Assembly (NCBI RefSeq): GCF_037042905.1
Contig: NC_087263.1
Location: forward strand, 15,688,001 to 15,752,000
Length of the DNA: 64,000 nt
Origin: Lytechinus pictus
Lineage: Eukaryota
Direction: 5' to 3'
The notes under the pieces are model-generated. The model was given only the letters and a program-made list of their open reading frames with translations. It searched no databases and was not told the DNA's origin. The position numbers and the translations under genes were made by a program. The first letter of the stretch is position 1; each line of letters starts with the position of its first letter. Of this stretch, positions 36,743 to 50,810 are shown one piece after another.

Positions 36743-38505
36743 CAGAATCCACCCCTGAATGAAGGAAAGTAGATAGGTCGTTCCACGTTTCCAGGGCGTA
36801 TGTGGATGCCTTCTTTTGCAGTAAAAATCGTATGAATTCATATTTGTAATTATTATTTCATAACTTTCGGTGAAATATGTTGAAGGACGGAATGCTCTTT
36901 AGAATATAGCCCTGCCTACGTATGTGGTAAAATATTTAAAGGGCAATACAACCTTTAATAAGTGTTAATATACCTTGCTCATTTTGAATAAATTACTCTA
37001 ATCATGTATTCATGCTGGTACAATATTTATGTTTCCTTAACATCATCGTGCTGGGGGGACTTAATCGATGGTTTTAATGATTCTATAGGTCAAGGTGTAG
37101 TATTATCATCACTGGTCATTGACCAGCGTGGCATACTATGATAGACCTAGAAGAAAACCGCAGGAATCATCATTTTCTTCTTCATTTCCTTTCTTTTGCT
37201 TTGAGTCACGGTATTACAAACAGTGTCGCCAGGTATTGCGATAATATTCCTCCCTTTCGCTCTTGAGTCCCGCAATTCCCATATCCTCTTTCCGTAAACT
37301 TATCCAAGTTCAAGGACACGTAACAGCCAGTTTCTTCATACCTCTGAAGAAAATATGTCAAACTTTTCACCTAAAATGTACGATAATTTGCAAAATTCTC
37401 TCCATACCATTTTGATGCGTCAAATAATGGTAAGTTGTGTGCGAGGGTGGGTGGCCGTGTGTGTGTGCTCAAGGGTGTGTGAGGGTGTGTGTGTGTGTGT
37501 GTGTGTGTGTATTTGATTTTTTGAGACGTGTATCAATCTGATATCATTATTATATCTGGGACCGACAATTTAACGTCACCATCCGAAAGACGTGACCAGG
37601 ATTTGAACCTCGATCCTCTGCATCAGTTTGTATAACGTCCCATGCACATAGCTTCGATTGCGCAACGCCCAGTTGAATTCTCCCCGCATTATTTATGCAG
37701 TTGTTTTACGTGTTGCAAATGTCTCATTTTCAATTGATCTACGGCCATCGTATGTTGCCCCTAGCGTGATCGTATCCTGCTAATAATACGCCATTCCTAG
37801 GGTGGCAAACGATGATCATGCGATTTTCGAACGGATTCGCGGTCGTCGAAGGGTCTCCGATTTTGTTTAGCGCGGAGTCATACAAATTTTCGAAATCGCA
37901 AGATCGTAACCAATAAGCACATCGTAGGGGAATCGTGTCATCAGCGCAGGGCCATCTTACAATGCATAGGCATCTTATGATCTCCTTACGAAAAACGTGC
38001 ATTATAACTACAATCAATAGGGCCATCTTAGAATGTTCGGGCTTACGAGCAACGTAAAATGTAGGTACGAGCTCTTTAATGCTTTGTCTTTGGCCAGCTA
38101 TGGAGCCTGAAACATGAAATTATAAGATGGTCGTTAAGAATGTAAACAGTAATAATGTATTTCATAGCTCCATTGCCCCCAGCGATGCCCCTTAAAAACC
38201 GCAGACTCCACGGTACCACGATCGTAACACGATTAAGCTAGACATTAACACGAGTTAACATGACATTTAGTATGTGTGAAAGTGACAGATTGATGCCGGT
38301 GCAATTATATTGTTCTCAACCCTATCAGTACTAGACCTTGTAAACTCCATTGACTTCTTGCACATCTACATGCCTAATCTACTGAATCTCCCCAGTACCC
38401 CGGCAGCTGGAGAATAAAAAAAAAACATATAGGGCCTATAATTAATATCACTGTGTTTGATTTGTGTTTTTAATATTTGCACACACAAATATGAATAAAC
38501 AAATG

Positions 38506-38941
38506 CCCCTACTGGAAAGAGTACAGTGTCCCACAGTGTGTTCACTGTGTGGAATACACTGATGTGAAATCACCTTCACACTGTAAAATTTGAACCTTTC
38601 AACGGTGTGAATCACATATTCACATTAGTCAACCATGTGAACACGCGGAGTTTCTCAACTGGAAAAAACAGCGTCCCACAGTGTGTTCACAGTGTGAAGC
38701 ACATTGTAAAATCACCTTCACACTGTTAAACTTGAGCATTGTGACTCAACAGTGTGAATCGCATATCCACATAGTCGACCGACCATGTGAACACGCTGTG
38801 AACAGTAACACTGTCGAGGTATCCACAGTGTGAAAATATATTCACACTGTTGACTTTGATCAATTTAACAGTGTGAATAATATTTTCACATAGTCCATTA
38901 CATGAACACACTGTGCTCACACTGTGTTCTTTCCAGAAGGG
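38506..38941. mobile_element. CCC-ended MITE rich in CACAGTG/CACTGTG with TG TSD
   Basis: CCCTACTGGAAAGAGTACAGTG / CACTGTGTTCTTTCCAGAAGGG termini; family copies at 43342-43624 and ~47800-48210. Confidence 0.8.
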
Positions 38942-41900
38942 TGAATTGAAAAGGAAAATAATTTGTTTTCCTGTTTCATTTCTAAATATACATATTTTTT
39001 TATTCTAAGCAGTGAAACTTGGAATTTTACCATACAACACTGTAGAACATGTAGAAAATGTGAAGGGACGATTTGATGTGTGAGAGGGAGCGAGTCGACC
39101 GAGCAAATCAATTTGTTATTTTCACCTGTGAAATTCAGTATTTAGGGGTTTTGTCATTTTTAACTTGTTAACGGGTATAGACAAGGGCCGCGTCCGGGGG
39201 GGGGGGGTGGGTGGCAGTGATGTCTATTTACATTAATGTACAGATCAATGAGCGCAAGATGAGTAATATATGACGTCATTATTTTTTTTTCTAAATAGAA
39301 CAATAGGTGTATGATTTCGTTTATATCTGGCCAGCAATTCTTCTTTTAATACTTATCTCTCTTCTTTTTCACCTTTTCTTCCCTTTTAATCCTCTTTTTT
39401 TTTTTTTTACTACTTGAAAATGAATAGGGGTACGTCGCCCCCCCCCCCTGTGGCTTCAACGCTGTGTATTGAATATGGTGATTTTTGCAGGTATATCCCG
39501 TTTCTGAATATCTTGGGTATATGCCATTTGCCTATTGAAATATGACGCCCGTGTGGATATCAGTTTTCATTTCTATTTTCGTATTCTCTAACACAGACGA
39601 GATAGAGTCGTGCCTGTACCATACATACTGTAAAAGACCATGGAGCTACCTGTTGATAGCTCCATGAAAAGACATACGTAAATTGAAGAACAAGGTCATG
39701 TGCAACAATGAATGTTGATTGAGCACTTTTGCCCTCGAATTCCAGCCAATTTTTATTTACTTTTTATGTATTCTCCCTCTCTCTCTCCTATTTCTTCCGT
39801 CAGTCCGTCTAATCACTATTTCGTCTCATAACCAGGTGGTCTAATATCCATTTCATTTTCATTCATTTTGCACAATGAACACTTCATCCAATTAGACCAA
39901 GTGGTACATGGACTAAATTAAATGGCTATATTGAACCAACTGGTTATTAGACGAAATGGTGAGTGGACGAATTGGAAATTAGACCATGTGGACAGTGGAC
40001 CAACTGATGGACGACCAAATGATAGTAGACGAGTTGGCAATTGGACGAATTGGCATTAGACGAATTGGAAATAAGCCCTTACCCCCCCCCCCCTCCTTAC
40101 CTTCCAACTCCTCTGTAATAGAAATTTAAATGCCGAGAAGCAGGTGGCGCGTCACGAGGTTGAGCACGATATGGTGTTAATTTTGAGCACCATCTGTAAC
40201 ATAACTGTTCAGGTATTGAGGATTGGTGTTAAAAGCAGGTGCTGCTAATCCAATGTAAATTAGCACCTGAACTCAACTGGCAAGTTATCCATAATTATCT
40301 TATTGTACACTTCTAGAAATCTTCTAGATTTATATACGAACTGGATATATCTTAAACATGTATTTCCCCCGTTTTATTTCCTTTTCTATCAATTTCCCAA
40401 AGCATCACTTCATCCCCTCTTTCGAGCCCCTCTCTTTCTTCGTCTGTCTCTCCATCCCACCCCCCTCCCTACCCTTCTTCCAACTGCACTGATGGGGTGA
40501 TGGGAAGGGACTCTGCTGCTTGAAATTTGCACACCAGTTTCAAATAATAATGTTAATTTGGAATTAGATTATGCCTGGCTTGCTTTCTTCGCTCTCTCGC
40601 AAGTTTCCAATAAAACAAAAGAAAAACAGCGGACCGTATGTCGGCCGTCTCATTTAAAATAAAAGATATTTATATGTTGTTATTTACTCGGCTGATTATT
40701 AATATCATTTTCATATTTTGGGGGTAAGATGGGGGGACTCTCTCGCCCCCCCCCCCCCCTTCCGCCCATTTTCTCTCTTTTAACTCTATTTCTTTTCCTC
40801 TCTATGTTTTAGTCCGGCTATGATTCGCCTTCCTTTCTTGGTCTTTTGGATTCATTCATAGCCAGACTCTACGGCTAAATATAGTTCCGCTTTCAGTTCA
40901 TCGAGCGAACGACGAAACAACACACGAGAACAAAATATTCTGAAACAATATTTCCCCCTTTATTGTTATCGGGAACAAAACGTGAAGAAATCCCCAGCAG
41001 CCTATTCGGTTGCGCATGACAAATACGTCATCGTAAAAACATGCCGCACAACACTTTGCAGCACGGCCAAAGTTTGTGTCAATAAACTAAATATAATATC
41101 ATGTTGTATATATAATGTCAGAGATATCAATGTTCGCACGGGGCATTATAAAGAAATATTACACGGTCATGGAGACATCATATTAGTAACGGGGGTGGAA
41201 GCAGATCGATGATAGATGTATATATTCACCGCGTTGCATTCCGCGAGTCACACTTACGCTTCGCGGACTCTTTAAGTTCTAATTATCACGTTCGGTGCGA
41301 GAATGTATTAAGTGGGACAAAATATCTTAATAAGGATTTACAATACAGAGGTGCTTGATTATTCGTTGGAAATAATTTCTACACCACCCAAGTTTACAGG
41401 TAAGTTTCTTTTTCATATACATTTTAGCAGCCCCCCAAAATGTGAAGAATCATTTTTACTAAGTGTTTGTTTAAGTTTGACTATTGTAGTTTTCGGGCTC
41501 CGGGGCCCAGGACTATTAAATAAAACGCAAAATCATGTTTTCCTTCTAAGTTAATTCGTCTTTTTAAAGATAAAAACCTATAAGAATCCATTTTAACGTA
41601 TTAGCAGTGACATGAAAATAACATATTATTGTCCATTATAAAATTATATAGATATTTATTACCTGTAAAATCACATCATCACGTTTCATCACTATTTACA
41701 ATTAATTGAGCAATGATATCCATGTGTTATATAACACCTGTATGTCAAATGGCGATTATATCCCTATCCGATTATTAATCAGATGTATCACGAATCCCAT
41801 TAACGATTTCTTCGTCCATGATATCCAACAATGTATGAACTAAATTAACATTTTCAAAAATTTAGAAGTGTAAAGGAGAGGTAAAATCCACTCTTTTAAC

Positions 41901-42239
41901 CATTTTCACTGATAATGTTTCTTTTTAGTAAAATGAGATAATGGGAGCCCTTCTGGGGTGGGGTTGAGGCGGAGTGGTGTACTAAATAGTCAGTTTTTAT
42001 GTAGCGGACATCACGTAGTGTCTCTATGGCGCTTCAGAATATACATTAAAAAAAAAAGATGTGCTACTGAGATAATTTTGTTGAATTGAGGTACATGATG
42101 AATAACCGTGGATCTAGGTCCATTGAATGATTAATTTTTAAGAACTGTTTTGAATTTGTCTACTGTATCGATACTGTTAAAAGGAATTCGGAAGTTTGTT
42201 CCATAGAATAATGTGAATATGTGAATAATTGTTTTAAGT

Positions 42240-42369
42240 GTATATACAATCTTCAAATGTAAATAATAATCAATGTAAACATTGCACAATAAGTCTTCGG
42301 ACTACAGCATTGTAGTCTGTTTTATATCTAATAAACCGAATTGAATTATGAATTATGAATTATGAATTA
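42240..42369 (+). mobile_element. Short 3' end fragment of a LINE
   Basis: Hairpin GACTACA-GCAT-TGTAGTC, then AATAAA and a (GAATTAT)n tail. Confidence 0.5.
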
Positions 42370-42839
42370 GAAATATGTATCATCTGTACCATTCACGTTC
42401 AGTTCACCTTTTTCTTATCATCTTCCGCTTTCTCTCTGTCAGCTCCCCTTTTGAACATTCGAACAAAAGTCCATAACAAAGGTCCGCATAACTGCATAAT
42501 GACCTCATCTCATATTTCACCATGAAACCAACAAAGATCCATTCTTTGTCTATTACTCTTTTTATTGGGGGCATAATTTTAAGATTTGAATAATGTTAAA
42601 TATGAAAGAGGAAGTTGTAAACATTATATTTTTACTGAAAAAATATTTCCACTTTGACAGGTGAATGTATGACCATTCTTCAAATATTCATTTCAAATTT
42701 ATCACCTAATCATAAATCGGTGATTTGAACAAAATTTACATTCCCTTTGATATTTCAAAGAAACGTGGGAAGCACCTATTCCTTCTCTTCTTGCACAAAA
42801 CAATTTTACACGAAAATTATTTACGTACAACGACGTCAC

Positions 42840-42950
42840 GCCTCAGTCACACTAAACGGAACTGACTCCAGACCGATCAAAGCTAATACGTTATTACCAA
42901 TGACATACCATCGATCGGTTTGGAGTCGGTTACATTGGTGTGACTAAGGC
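42840..42950. mobile_element. Complete ~110-bp palindromic MITE (Harbinger-like ends)
   Basis: GCCTCAGTCACAC / GTGTGACTAAGGC termini; same family as 4863-5112. Confidence 0.75.
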
Positions 42951-43341
42951 GCTATTCGGGTAGAGGGGAATCCCCAGCGGATCGGCGTGTACAGATTTCA
43001 ATGGTGGAATATAATTTGGGGGTTGTCATCCATAAAAGCACCTTTCAAAATCGAAATTAGCCATTTTAACAACCTTTGTGCACATTTATGATTAATGGTG
43101 ACGATCGATAAAACACCCTCTTTATGTAAACAATTTCCTTCGATCAAACACACACAAAAAACTAATGGTGCAATAAATCAATTTACACAGACACGAAATT
43201 ATTTCCAATATGATTGTCTTTCAAGAACACGAATCAGTTGAGGGATTTTTTTTTAGAATGCGACTTCCTCAAAGGAAAACACACCATAGGGACGAACAGG
43301 GGAAAATTGAATATTAGTATATCGTTTCTTTTCAGGGACAG

Positions 43342-43624
43342 CCCACTGGAAAGAACACGGTGTCCCACAGTGTGTGCCACAGTGTGTTCACAGTGTGGCA
43401 CACAATGTGAAATCACCTTCACACCGTTGAATTTGAGCATTTCAACAGTGTGAAACACATATTGACATAGCGGACCATGTGAACACACCATGTGAACAGT
43501 CACACTGTTGAGGTGTCCACAGTGTGAACACATCTCCACACTGTTGAATTTGAGCATTTTAACAGTTGTGGACAATATTTTCACATAGTCCACTATGTGA
43601 ACACACTGTGTGTCACTGTGTTCT
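43342..43624. mobile_element. CCC-ended CACAGTG-rich MITE with truncated right end
   Basis: CCCACTGGAAAGAACACGGTG start; colinear with 38506-38941. Confidence 0.8.
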
Positions 43625-43779
43625 ATGTTTTATATAATCCTACATCCTATACAAAGCCTTCCTAAGGGTATTTGAAATTAATTTTAAACGTTTCGCTTCT
43701 TCCTTTTTCTGTTTAGACAAGATTATCGTCATATGGCTTAAATATTAGTATTTAGGGCTTGGTATTGCCAATTTTGGCA

Positions 43780-44568
43780 TTCCATTTTTTTTGTCTCAGT
43801 GTATAGATCTTTAGTAGCTCTATAAGATGATACCGAAGAAAAGTTGAAATTCCCATTAAAAAGTGAACAAAAATGGCAAAGAAAAATCTTCTTTTTTTTT
43901 CAAAAGGGGTTAGGTCCATTTCAGTTTGGTTGCAAAAGGGGTTAGGTCGACAAAGAATTTTTTTGGAAAAGAATATTAAAAAAAACACGAGGACAGATAG
44001 ATTTCTTTTATATCCAATTTTATGTTCATATGACATGGGATTATGAAAATTTAGTTTCGCATAAGAATATTGCAATATGGGAGAATTAAAAAAAAAGATT
44101 TTCGTGGAGTGGACATAACCCCTTTTGCAACCGAACTCTTCTGAAGAGCTCATTTGTCAAAAGGGGTTAGGTCCATTTTTCATAAATTGTATTGCTTTCT
44201 GTCTCAAAACCTGTAGATTTTTAGTCGCTGTGATGATACCAAAGAAAATTTGAAATTCACTTTGAAACGTGAATAAAAGTGGCAAAGAAAAATCACTTTT
44301 TTATTCAGAAGAGATTAGATTAATTTTAGTTTGCTTGCAAAAGGGGTTAGATCCACAATGATAAGTTTTGAAAAATTAAATAGAAAAAATTGTTAAAAAG
44401 GGTACATTTCTTTTATACCCAATTGTATGTTCACATGCATGATAGGGTAGTACATCATGACAATTTAGTTTCTCATAAGAAAATTTCAATAAGTGAGAAT
44501 AAAAAAAAACATGATTTTTCTTGGAATGGTCCAAAGTGGACCTAACCCCTTTTGCAACCAAGCTCTTC
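43780..44568. mobile_element. Two head-to-tail copies of a ~425-bp TIR element (GAAGAGC...GCTCTTC)
   Basis: First copy ends GCAACCGAACTCTTC at 44141. Second copy (44143-44568) has GAAGAGCT...AAAAGGGGTTAGGTCCA / TGGACCTAACCCCTTTTGCAACCAAGCTCTTC. Confidence 0.7.
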
Positions 44569-45228
44569 ATATACTCCTAAGTGTTGAGGTATACGTGCTG
44601 GGCTCAACCCATGTGAGATAAATGGGCAACCTTTAGGATTAATACCTTTAATGCACTGAGCGCTGCCGTTGAAGCGGAGCTCGAGCTAATGCCGGGGTAA
44701 TGATAGTTGCGATTTTTGTTTTCTTGCAAAAAGCGCTTCATACATGTAAATCAAGCTGTTATTATCATTGTTGGTATCAGAAGGATATGCCACGTACTTC
44801 AGAACTAAATTCCTTTATATTTGTAGAAATGATGAACTTTGGCAATTCTTTCTCCTTTTTTTAAGAAAGAGGAAAATGAGGAAGTATGAAATTTACCTGT
44901 AGGGAGGCTATTTCCGCCTCTAATAGATTAAACAACACTTGTAATCGCCTACAGTAGCTGCCAATTCAATTAACAAATTGGGATTTACTCAGCAGATACA
45001 TGCGTCAAATGCTCCTCAGTTACCAGGTATCATTGAGATCATTGTCAATATTCCAAAATGATCGTTCAAATATACTCAAGTGAAATATAATATCTCCGCA
45101 TGTCCTGGCTTGTTAAGGAATGATGATAACACTTATGTAGATGGAGTACTGTTTACAAAATATTGCCACAATAAATAAAATCACGAATGTTTTTGGATCA
45201 AACTGCATATGTCGGACGTATATTTTGA

Positions 45229-45498
45229 AATAATAATAATAATAACAATATGCAGCATTTATATAGCGCTTAATACTAATGTTTCTAAGGGCTGCATACT
45301 ATTACCCCGGCTTTAGCATGGCTACCCTGATCGGGCGCATCGAGCATTCAAGGAATTCCTTCCTACCGGGTACCCATTTACTACACCGGGGTGGAGAATG
45401 GCAAATGTAGATAAACGCCTTGCCAAAGGACGCGGGATTTGAACCCCGGCCCTTGTGGTTCAAAGTCCGGAGACTTATCCACTGAGCCACAACATCTC
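45229..45498 (-). mobile_element. tRNA-derived SINE, family 1
   Basis: Reverse-complement homolog of 7306-7593 including head, core and (TAT)n tail. Confidence 0.85.
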
Positions 45499-45832
45499 TG
45501 GTTTGAAATGGGTTTGATGAACAGAGAAGCCTCTTTTGAAATGATTCAAGTCGATTATATTCGCATAGTTCGGCAAACACTTCTTCCAATTTTTTTACAA
45601 AACATTTGTTTGATTGTTTTATAACTTTAATTCATCAAAATATTGATAAAGCGTACAAAAAACCACACATACCAGCGAATTGAAAATAGTAACATTGCAG
45701 AGCTACAAGTTTTGCTTCTTGGTATTTCCCTCATTTTCCCCCACAATTTCTTCAAAAAGTTACTTTGATCCTAAACGTATTGATTTGAACAAAGGTGTAT
45801 ATTTTGTTAGTAATGTGATTGATAAATTTGTA

Positions 45833-46072
45833 CACTGCAAAAACTCCGGTGTTGATTTAACACCAGCCCGGAATCTATATATCTCCACGCCAGAGAAGTG
45901 TTGAAACATCACCAGTTTGGAATTCTAACCAATGCTGTTTTAATACTAATTGGTATTGTAAACACATATCTGGTGTTAAACCAAAACGAAACTGGTGTTG
46001 TTTCACTTCTCTGGTGTGGACATAATAGAGATTCCGAGCTGGTGTTAAATCAGCACCGGAGTTTTTGCAGTG
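45833..46072. mobile_element. CACTGCAAAAACTCC-family MITE with TA TSD
   Basis: CACTGCAAAAACTCCGGTG / CACCGGAGTTTTTGCAGTG termini; TA at both flanks. Confidence 0.9.
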
Positions 46073-46425
46073 TATGTGTCATATTATGTTGAAAATGGAA
46101 ATGAATGATTGAAATCAAACTAAACGAAATGAGGAAATTGCCAAAAACAACACTTTCAATACCATGTCCAGCTGGATAGTAACCACATTTATGACGAAAT
46201 TCCTTTACCAATTATCATGATTATTCTTTGCATCGAAAGGATTATGGACACCGTTTTAATTTCGAAATCCAAATGCGGGAGCATTATATAAGGTTGGACT
46301 CTTCCAAGTAATTTAGAAATTGATATTGTAACTAAATTATTAGTCTGAAACACAAGCTGGTTTAATTATTAATCCGAGGTATATAGAGTTTCAGCGATGG
46401 CAATGGAGTCATCCTGTTTTCTATA

Positions 46426-46649
46426 CACTGTATTGAGTAAAACTTTAACCAGCACGAGATTAATTATGTGTCCAACCAATTTACCCAATGCGGGAAGCAT
46501 ATTGTCCAGTAAACATGGTTAGGTTAAAAAATGATCAGCACTTTAGAATGGGCAAAATTTTCGTCACACTGGATAGATATAAATGACTAATGTTGGCTGG
46601 ACACATAATTACCCTAACAGAGCATTTTTACCCAATATTCTTTTTAGTG
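46426..46649. mobile_element. CACT...AGTG MITE with TA flanks, degenerate
   Basis: TAATTATGTGTCCA / TGGACACATAATTA inverted arms. Confidence 0.6.
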
Positions 46650-47799
46650 TAGGTACAATAGGCATACACTAAAAACGAACTTGATTATAAAATTGCAAAA
46701 CAATTTATATGATATGCACATTTTATTTTACAGCCATCTATCCGATAAAGTACGCTCTAAAAAAAATGTGTTTTATTAATTCCAAAGTTGGTTAATATAT
46801 GAAGATATTTTGCGCGTAAATGTGTTTTAACCAAGTGTTAGTCGGTTAAGTTGGTCAAACAATCTGAGAGTGAATCTATGTATAATTCATGTATAATTCA
46901 AGCAACTCCACCCCCCCCCCCTCCATGAAAAACTAAAAATAATAATCATACACGGTAGAAAAACTAATTATATCACATGCATAAGAGTTTAATACTATAA
47001 ATAACCCTTTACAAAGTACCTTTGCTTTTCTTTACACCCTTATTTTCTTTCAATATTTACATTCATACCCAATTCAAAATATTAAACAGTTAAAGGCATT
47101 AGTTGTTTGACTTCCATAAACCTCAGATAGAAGGTTCCAACTGTCACCTATATGTCTGTCTGCGATATGCTGTAAATTGAAACCCTAACAAAACACATGC
47201 GCCCGAAAATCATTATTAAGCGCTTCAAAAACGTGCAAAGTGACCGGAAACACCATCCCATTTTCATTACATATATAAATGTGTTACCATTAAACTCATC
47301 ATGCAGGATATAATAAATAATGAATTATATGATTTTCAGTCACAAATATCTTAAAAGGGTCTGCACAGATTTCTTTTTTTTTTCTCTCGTTTTTCTTAAA
47401 TCCATCTGAACAATATTAAATACAAATCATATCAAAGTTCGGGATTTTTTGTTTATAAGACCTTTGTGATAATAACCTATGTGTTAAAATGAGTCACGGT
47501 TGCATTTCGTATATGGAAAACCCCGATCGTGACAAAATGCGATAGTGAAAATGTCAAACTGATATCACCAAATTCCCATGAATAAATGGTTATGTGGACT
47601 TTGTATTTGTCATAACTTTCCCAATTCTTTGGGTTTTTCTCAAAGGAAAGCAAAAATGGCAAATCGATCAAGCAACAGATCTGCAGATAGAGAGGCGACT
47701 TTCGCTTTTGCTTTTGGTCATTTACCCGTCACTCGTGTGAAACATGCGCATGGGTCAGTAAACGCTGAGTTGTGTATTGCCCTTGACTTTAATACGCAC

Positions 47800-48210
47800 C
47801 ACTGCTGGGAAGAACGCACTGTGTCACAGTGTGATCACAGTGTGTTCACATAGTGGACTGTGTGAAAATATTCACACTGTTTTAAATGATTCAACAGTGT
47901 GAAGATATTTTCACTGTGGACACCTCGACAGTGTGACTGTTCACAGCGTGTTCACATGGTCGACTATGTGAATATGCGATTCGCACTGTTAAAATGCTCA
48001 AATTCAACAGTGTAAAGATATTTTCACACTGTGGACACATCGACAGTGTGACTGTTCACAGCGTGTTCACATAGTCGACTATGTGAATATGTGATTCACA
48101 CTGTTGAAATGCTCAAATTTAACACAGTGTGAAGGTGATTTCACATTGTGTTCCACACTGTGAACACACTGTGGCACACACTGTGGGACACTGTCTTCTT
48201 TCCAGTTGGG
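47800..48210. mobile_element. CACAGTG-rich MITE in inverted orientation with an internal ~113-bp duplication
   Basis: Ends TCTTTCCAGTTGGG; reverse complement of the 43342 copy; TCGACAGTGTGACTGTTCACAGCGTGTTCACAT occurs twice. Confidence 0.8.
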
Positions 48211-48254
48211 ATAGTCTTTCTATCAACATGTATCTCACTCTGTTTCGCTTTCTC

Positions 48255-48272
48255 TCTCCCTCCCTCCCTCCC

Positions 48273-48325
<53 letters not shown>

Positions 48326-48690
48326 TTACCTATCTATCTATCATTCTATCTATCTATCTATCTATATACTATCTATCTATCTACTATCTATCTATCTATC
48401 TATCTACCTATCTATCTATCATTCTATCTATCTATCTAATATCTATCTATCATTCTATCTATTTATCAATCTATCATTCTATCTATCTATCCATATATCT
48501 ATCCATTTATCCATATATCTATGTATTTATCCATCTATCTATTTATCTATCTATCGATCTATTTATCTTTGTATCTATCTTTCTATCTATCTATCTATCT
48601 ATATACCTTTCTATCTATCTATCGATCTATTTGTCTATCAATCTATTTGTACATTCTATCTATATATTGTCTATCCTTTTATCTACCTAT
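48255..48690. repeat. (TCTA)n microsatellite
   Basis: Directly visible. Confidence 0.95.
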
Positions 48691-49331
48691 AAAATTATTA
48701 AATGACTTGCGTAAGGGGAAATGGATGCTTGAATACAAAAAAAAAAACATGACAAAGAAGACAAAATAAGAACACTAATACCCTCTCTCTCCCTCTCTCT
48801 CTCACTTTTTTCTCATTTCTTTATCATCAGCACTTTACTAAAAAAATATGCAACCATATTCTAAGCCCTCTTTCATTCATTAGACTTTCATCACATAAAT
48901 CCTTGGTAGAAAATGATAGATCAAGTTCGATAAAATATATATCTCCCGATCCATTATATTACTATTGCATGTATGTTCATTATTTGTGTTGTATATTTCT
49001 CTCTATTTCTCCCTCTCTGCAAGCTTTCACGTACGACCCCGGAGAGAGACACACACACAGAGACATTCCTCTAACACACAGGGACGAATTGTGTGTATAA
49101 CCAATAAGGCTCAACCGTGTCCGCAAATAGAGTCAAAATATCATATTAAACGTCGTTAAGCACAATTATATACACTACTGCTTTTTGCGCGACGGTAGAG
49201 CGGCAGCGAAGTGACAGCATCTATTTTTGGATCACGAGAGAAAGGAAAGAAGAAAAGGTGGAAGTGTATTACGTCATCAACAGCATCATCAACATCTTCT
49301 ATTGTACTAAACGCGGGCTAGCATCTGCAAG

Positions 49332-49719
49332 ATGACGAAGTCTGATGTGGCTTACCAAGCAGTGGGCAGAGGCGGAGACGACAGCGGTGGAAGCACTGGC
49401 GGAGATGCTGAAGAAAAAAACAAGCCGACACTGCAGCACAACGAAAACAATCACCATCGCAAGGAAAAGCAGGAGCTGTCGCACAGCCCGAGGGCGAAAC
49501 CGAAGCGGTGTTTGGAATCGGACGACGTGATCATTGAAGAGGAGGACGACATCGATGATGAGCTTGACTCGAACAATAACGACCCACCATCGACGTCATC
49601 TTCGAAGGGAAGGAAGGGTGTGATACGGAGGACGATGTCGTTCTTGGTCACACTGCCCAGGAAACTGTATAGCTACGTGAGAGGGGTCTTCTATACGTCG
49701 CAGCAGCCCTGGTCAAAGG
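49332..49719 (+). CDS. Gene B coding exon 1 (acidic/disordered N-terminus plus basic amphipathic segment)
   Basis: AAG-ATG start, GC-rich open frame, donor AAGG|GTAAGT, phase 1. Confidence 0.85.
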
Positions 49720-50529
49720 GTAAGTTAAGATGAGTGTCCAGGAGTTATCAAAGATTAAAATTAGTTATTTTTTGTTATCATTATTTTATTTATTAATTTA
49801 TTTACCGTATAAACAATCTAAATAAAATACATTGTACAAATATCAAAAATGAATATATAAGCACTTTAAAAGATACGGATTAATCATTCGTGTCAGAGCC
49901 ATTGATATAATGGCTCTGTTCTTCCTAGAGGTCCCATTGCGTAGCTTCTTTTTGTGAGAATATTAAAGTGTCACTCCTTTCATATAGTGAAAAACAACTT
50001 GGTTGAATGGGGATGCGAAATGATGACGAAATGTTCTTTTAATAATTCTGATTTGAATGCCTCAGAATTTGTTATCATTTATGGTGGAAAAGCGTACAGA
50101 GAGCATTAAACCGGTCATTTTACTTCGGATTTAAATTCACAGTGTTCAACACCAATGGGTGTTATTACAACACATTCGACTGTTACACTGAACATTCTTT
50201 GGTGTTATGTTCAATCTGGGGGGTGTGATTTTAATACCTTGTGTGTTACCTCTGGGAACACACACTGGTGTAAGTTTTAACACCCAAGTTTTTTCAGCTT
50301 AGGTGCTTTTGTTTAAGGCATGGGCCTTCAACATGCTTGATCAATAGAGATTTGAATGAGTTATCTGCAAAAGGTTATTCTGCCCCGGATGTGACCCCTC
50401 CCCCTTGTTACAATGGAGTCCCTTTCAAGGCGCCATTTTAAGGATTCATCAATTCTCATGTGCTTCCGTTGTTTGATAATGAGCACAAAATACAGAGCTA
50501 AAGTAAATGTTTTCACATTTTGCTGTCGC

Positions 50530-50758
50530 TAATTGTCATAGTCTTTGAAACTGCAAGAAGATAGTTGGTAATGAAGGAACTAGAGCCATTGGGAGCCATG
50601 TATGGGGAGGAATAAATCTGATGGGAAATGAGTGAAGAGAGAGGGGTGGAGATATGGAATGAGAGAGAGATAGATAGTGAGAGTGACAGAAAGAGAGAGG
50701 GAGACAAATATAGATAGAGGGGGAGGTAGAGAGGCGAAGAGGGAGAAGGAAACATAAA

Positions 50759-50793
<35 letters not shown>

Positions 50794-50810
50794 AAGAGAG
50801 AGGCGGAGGC
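50530..50810. repeat. GA-rich / (GT)n(GA)n low-complexity tract
   Basis: Directly visible. Confidence 0.8.
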
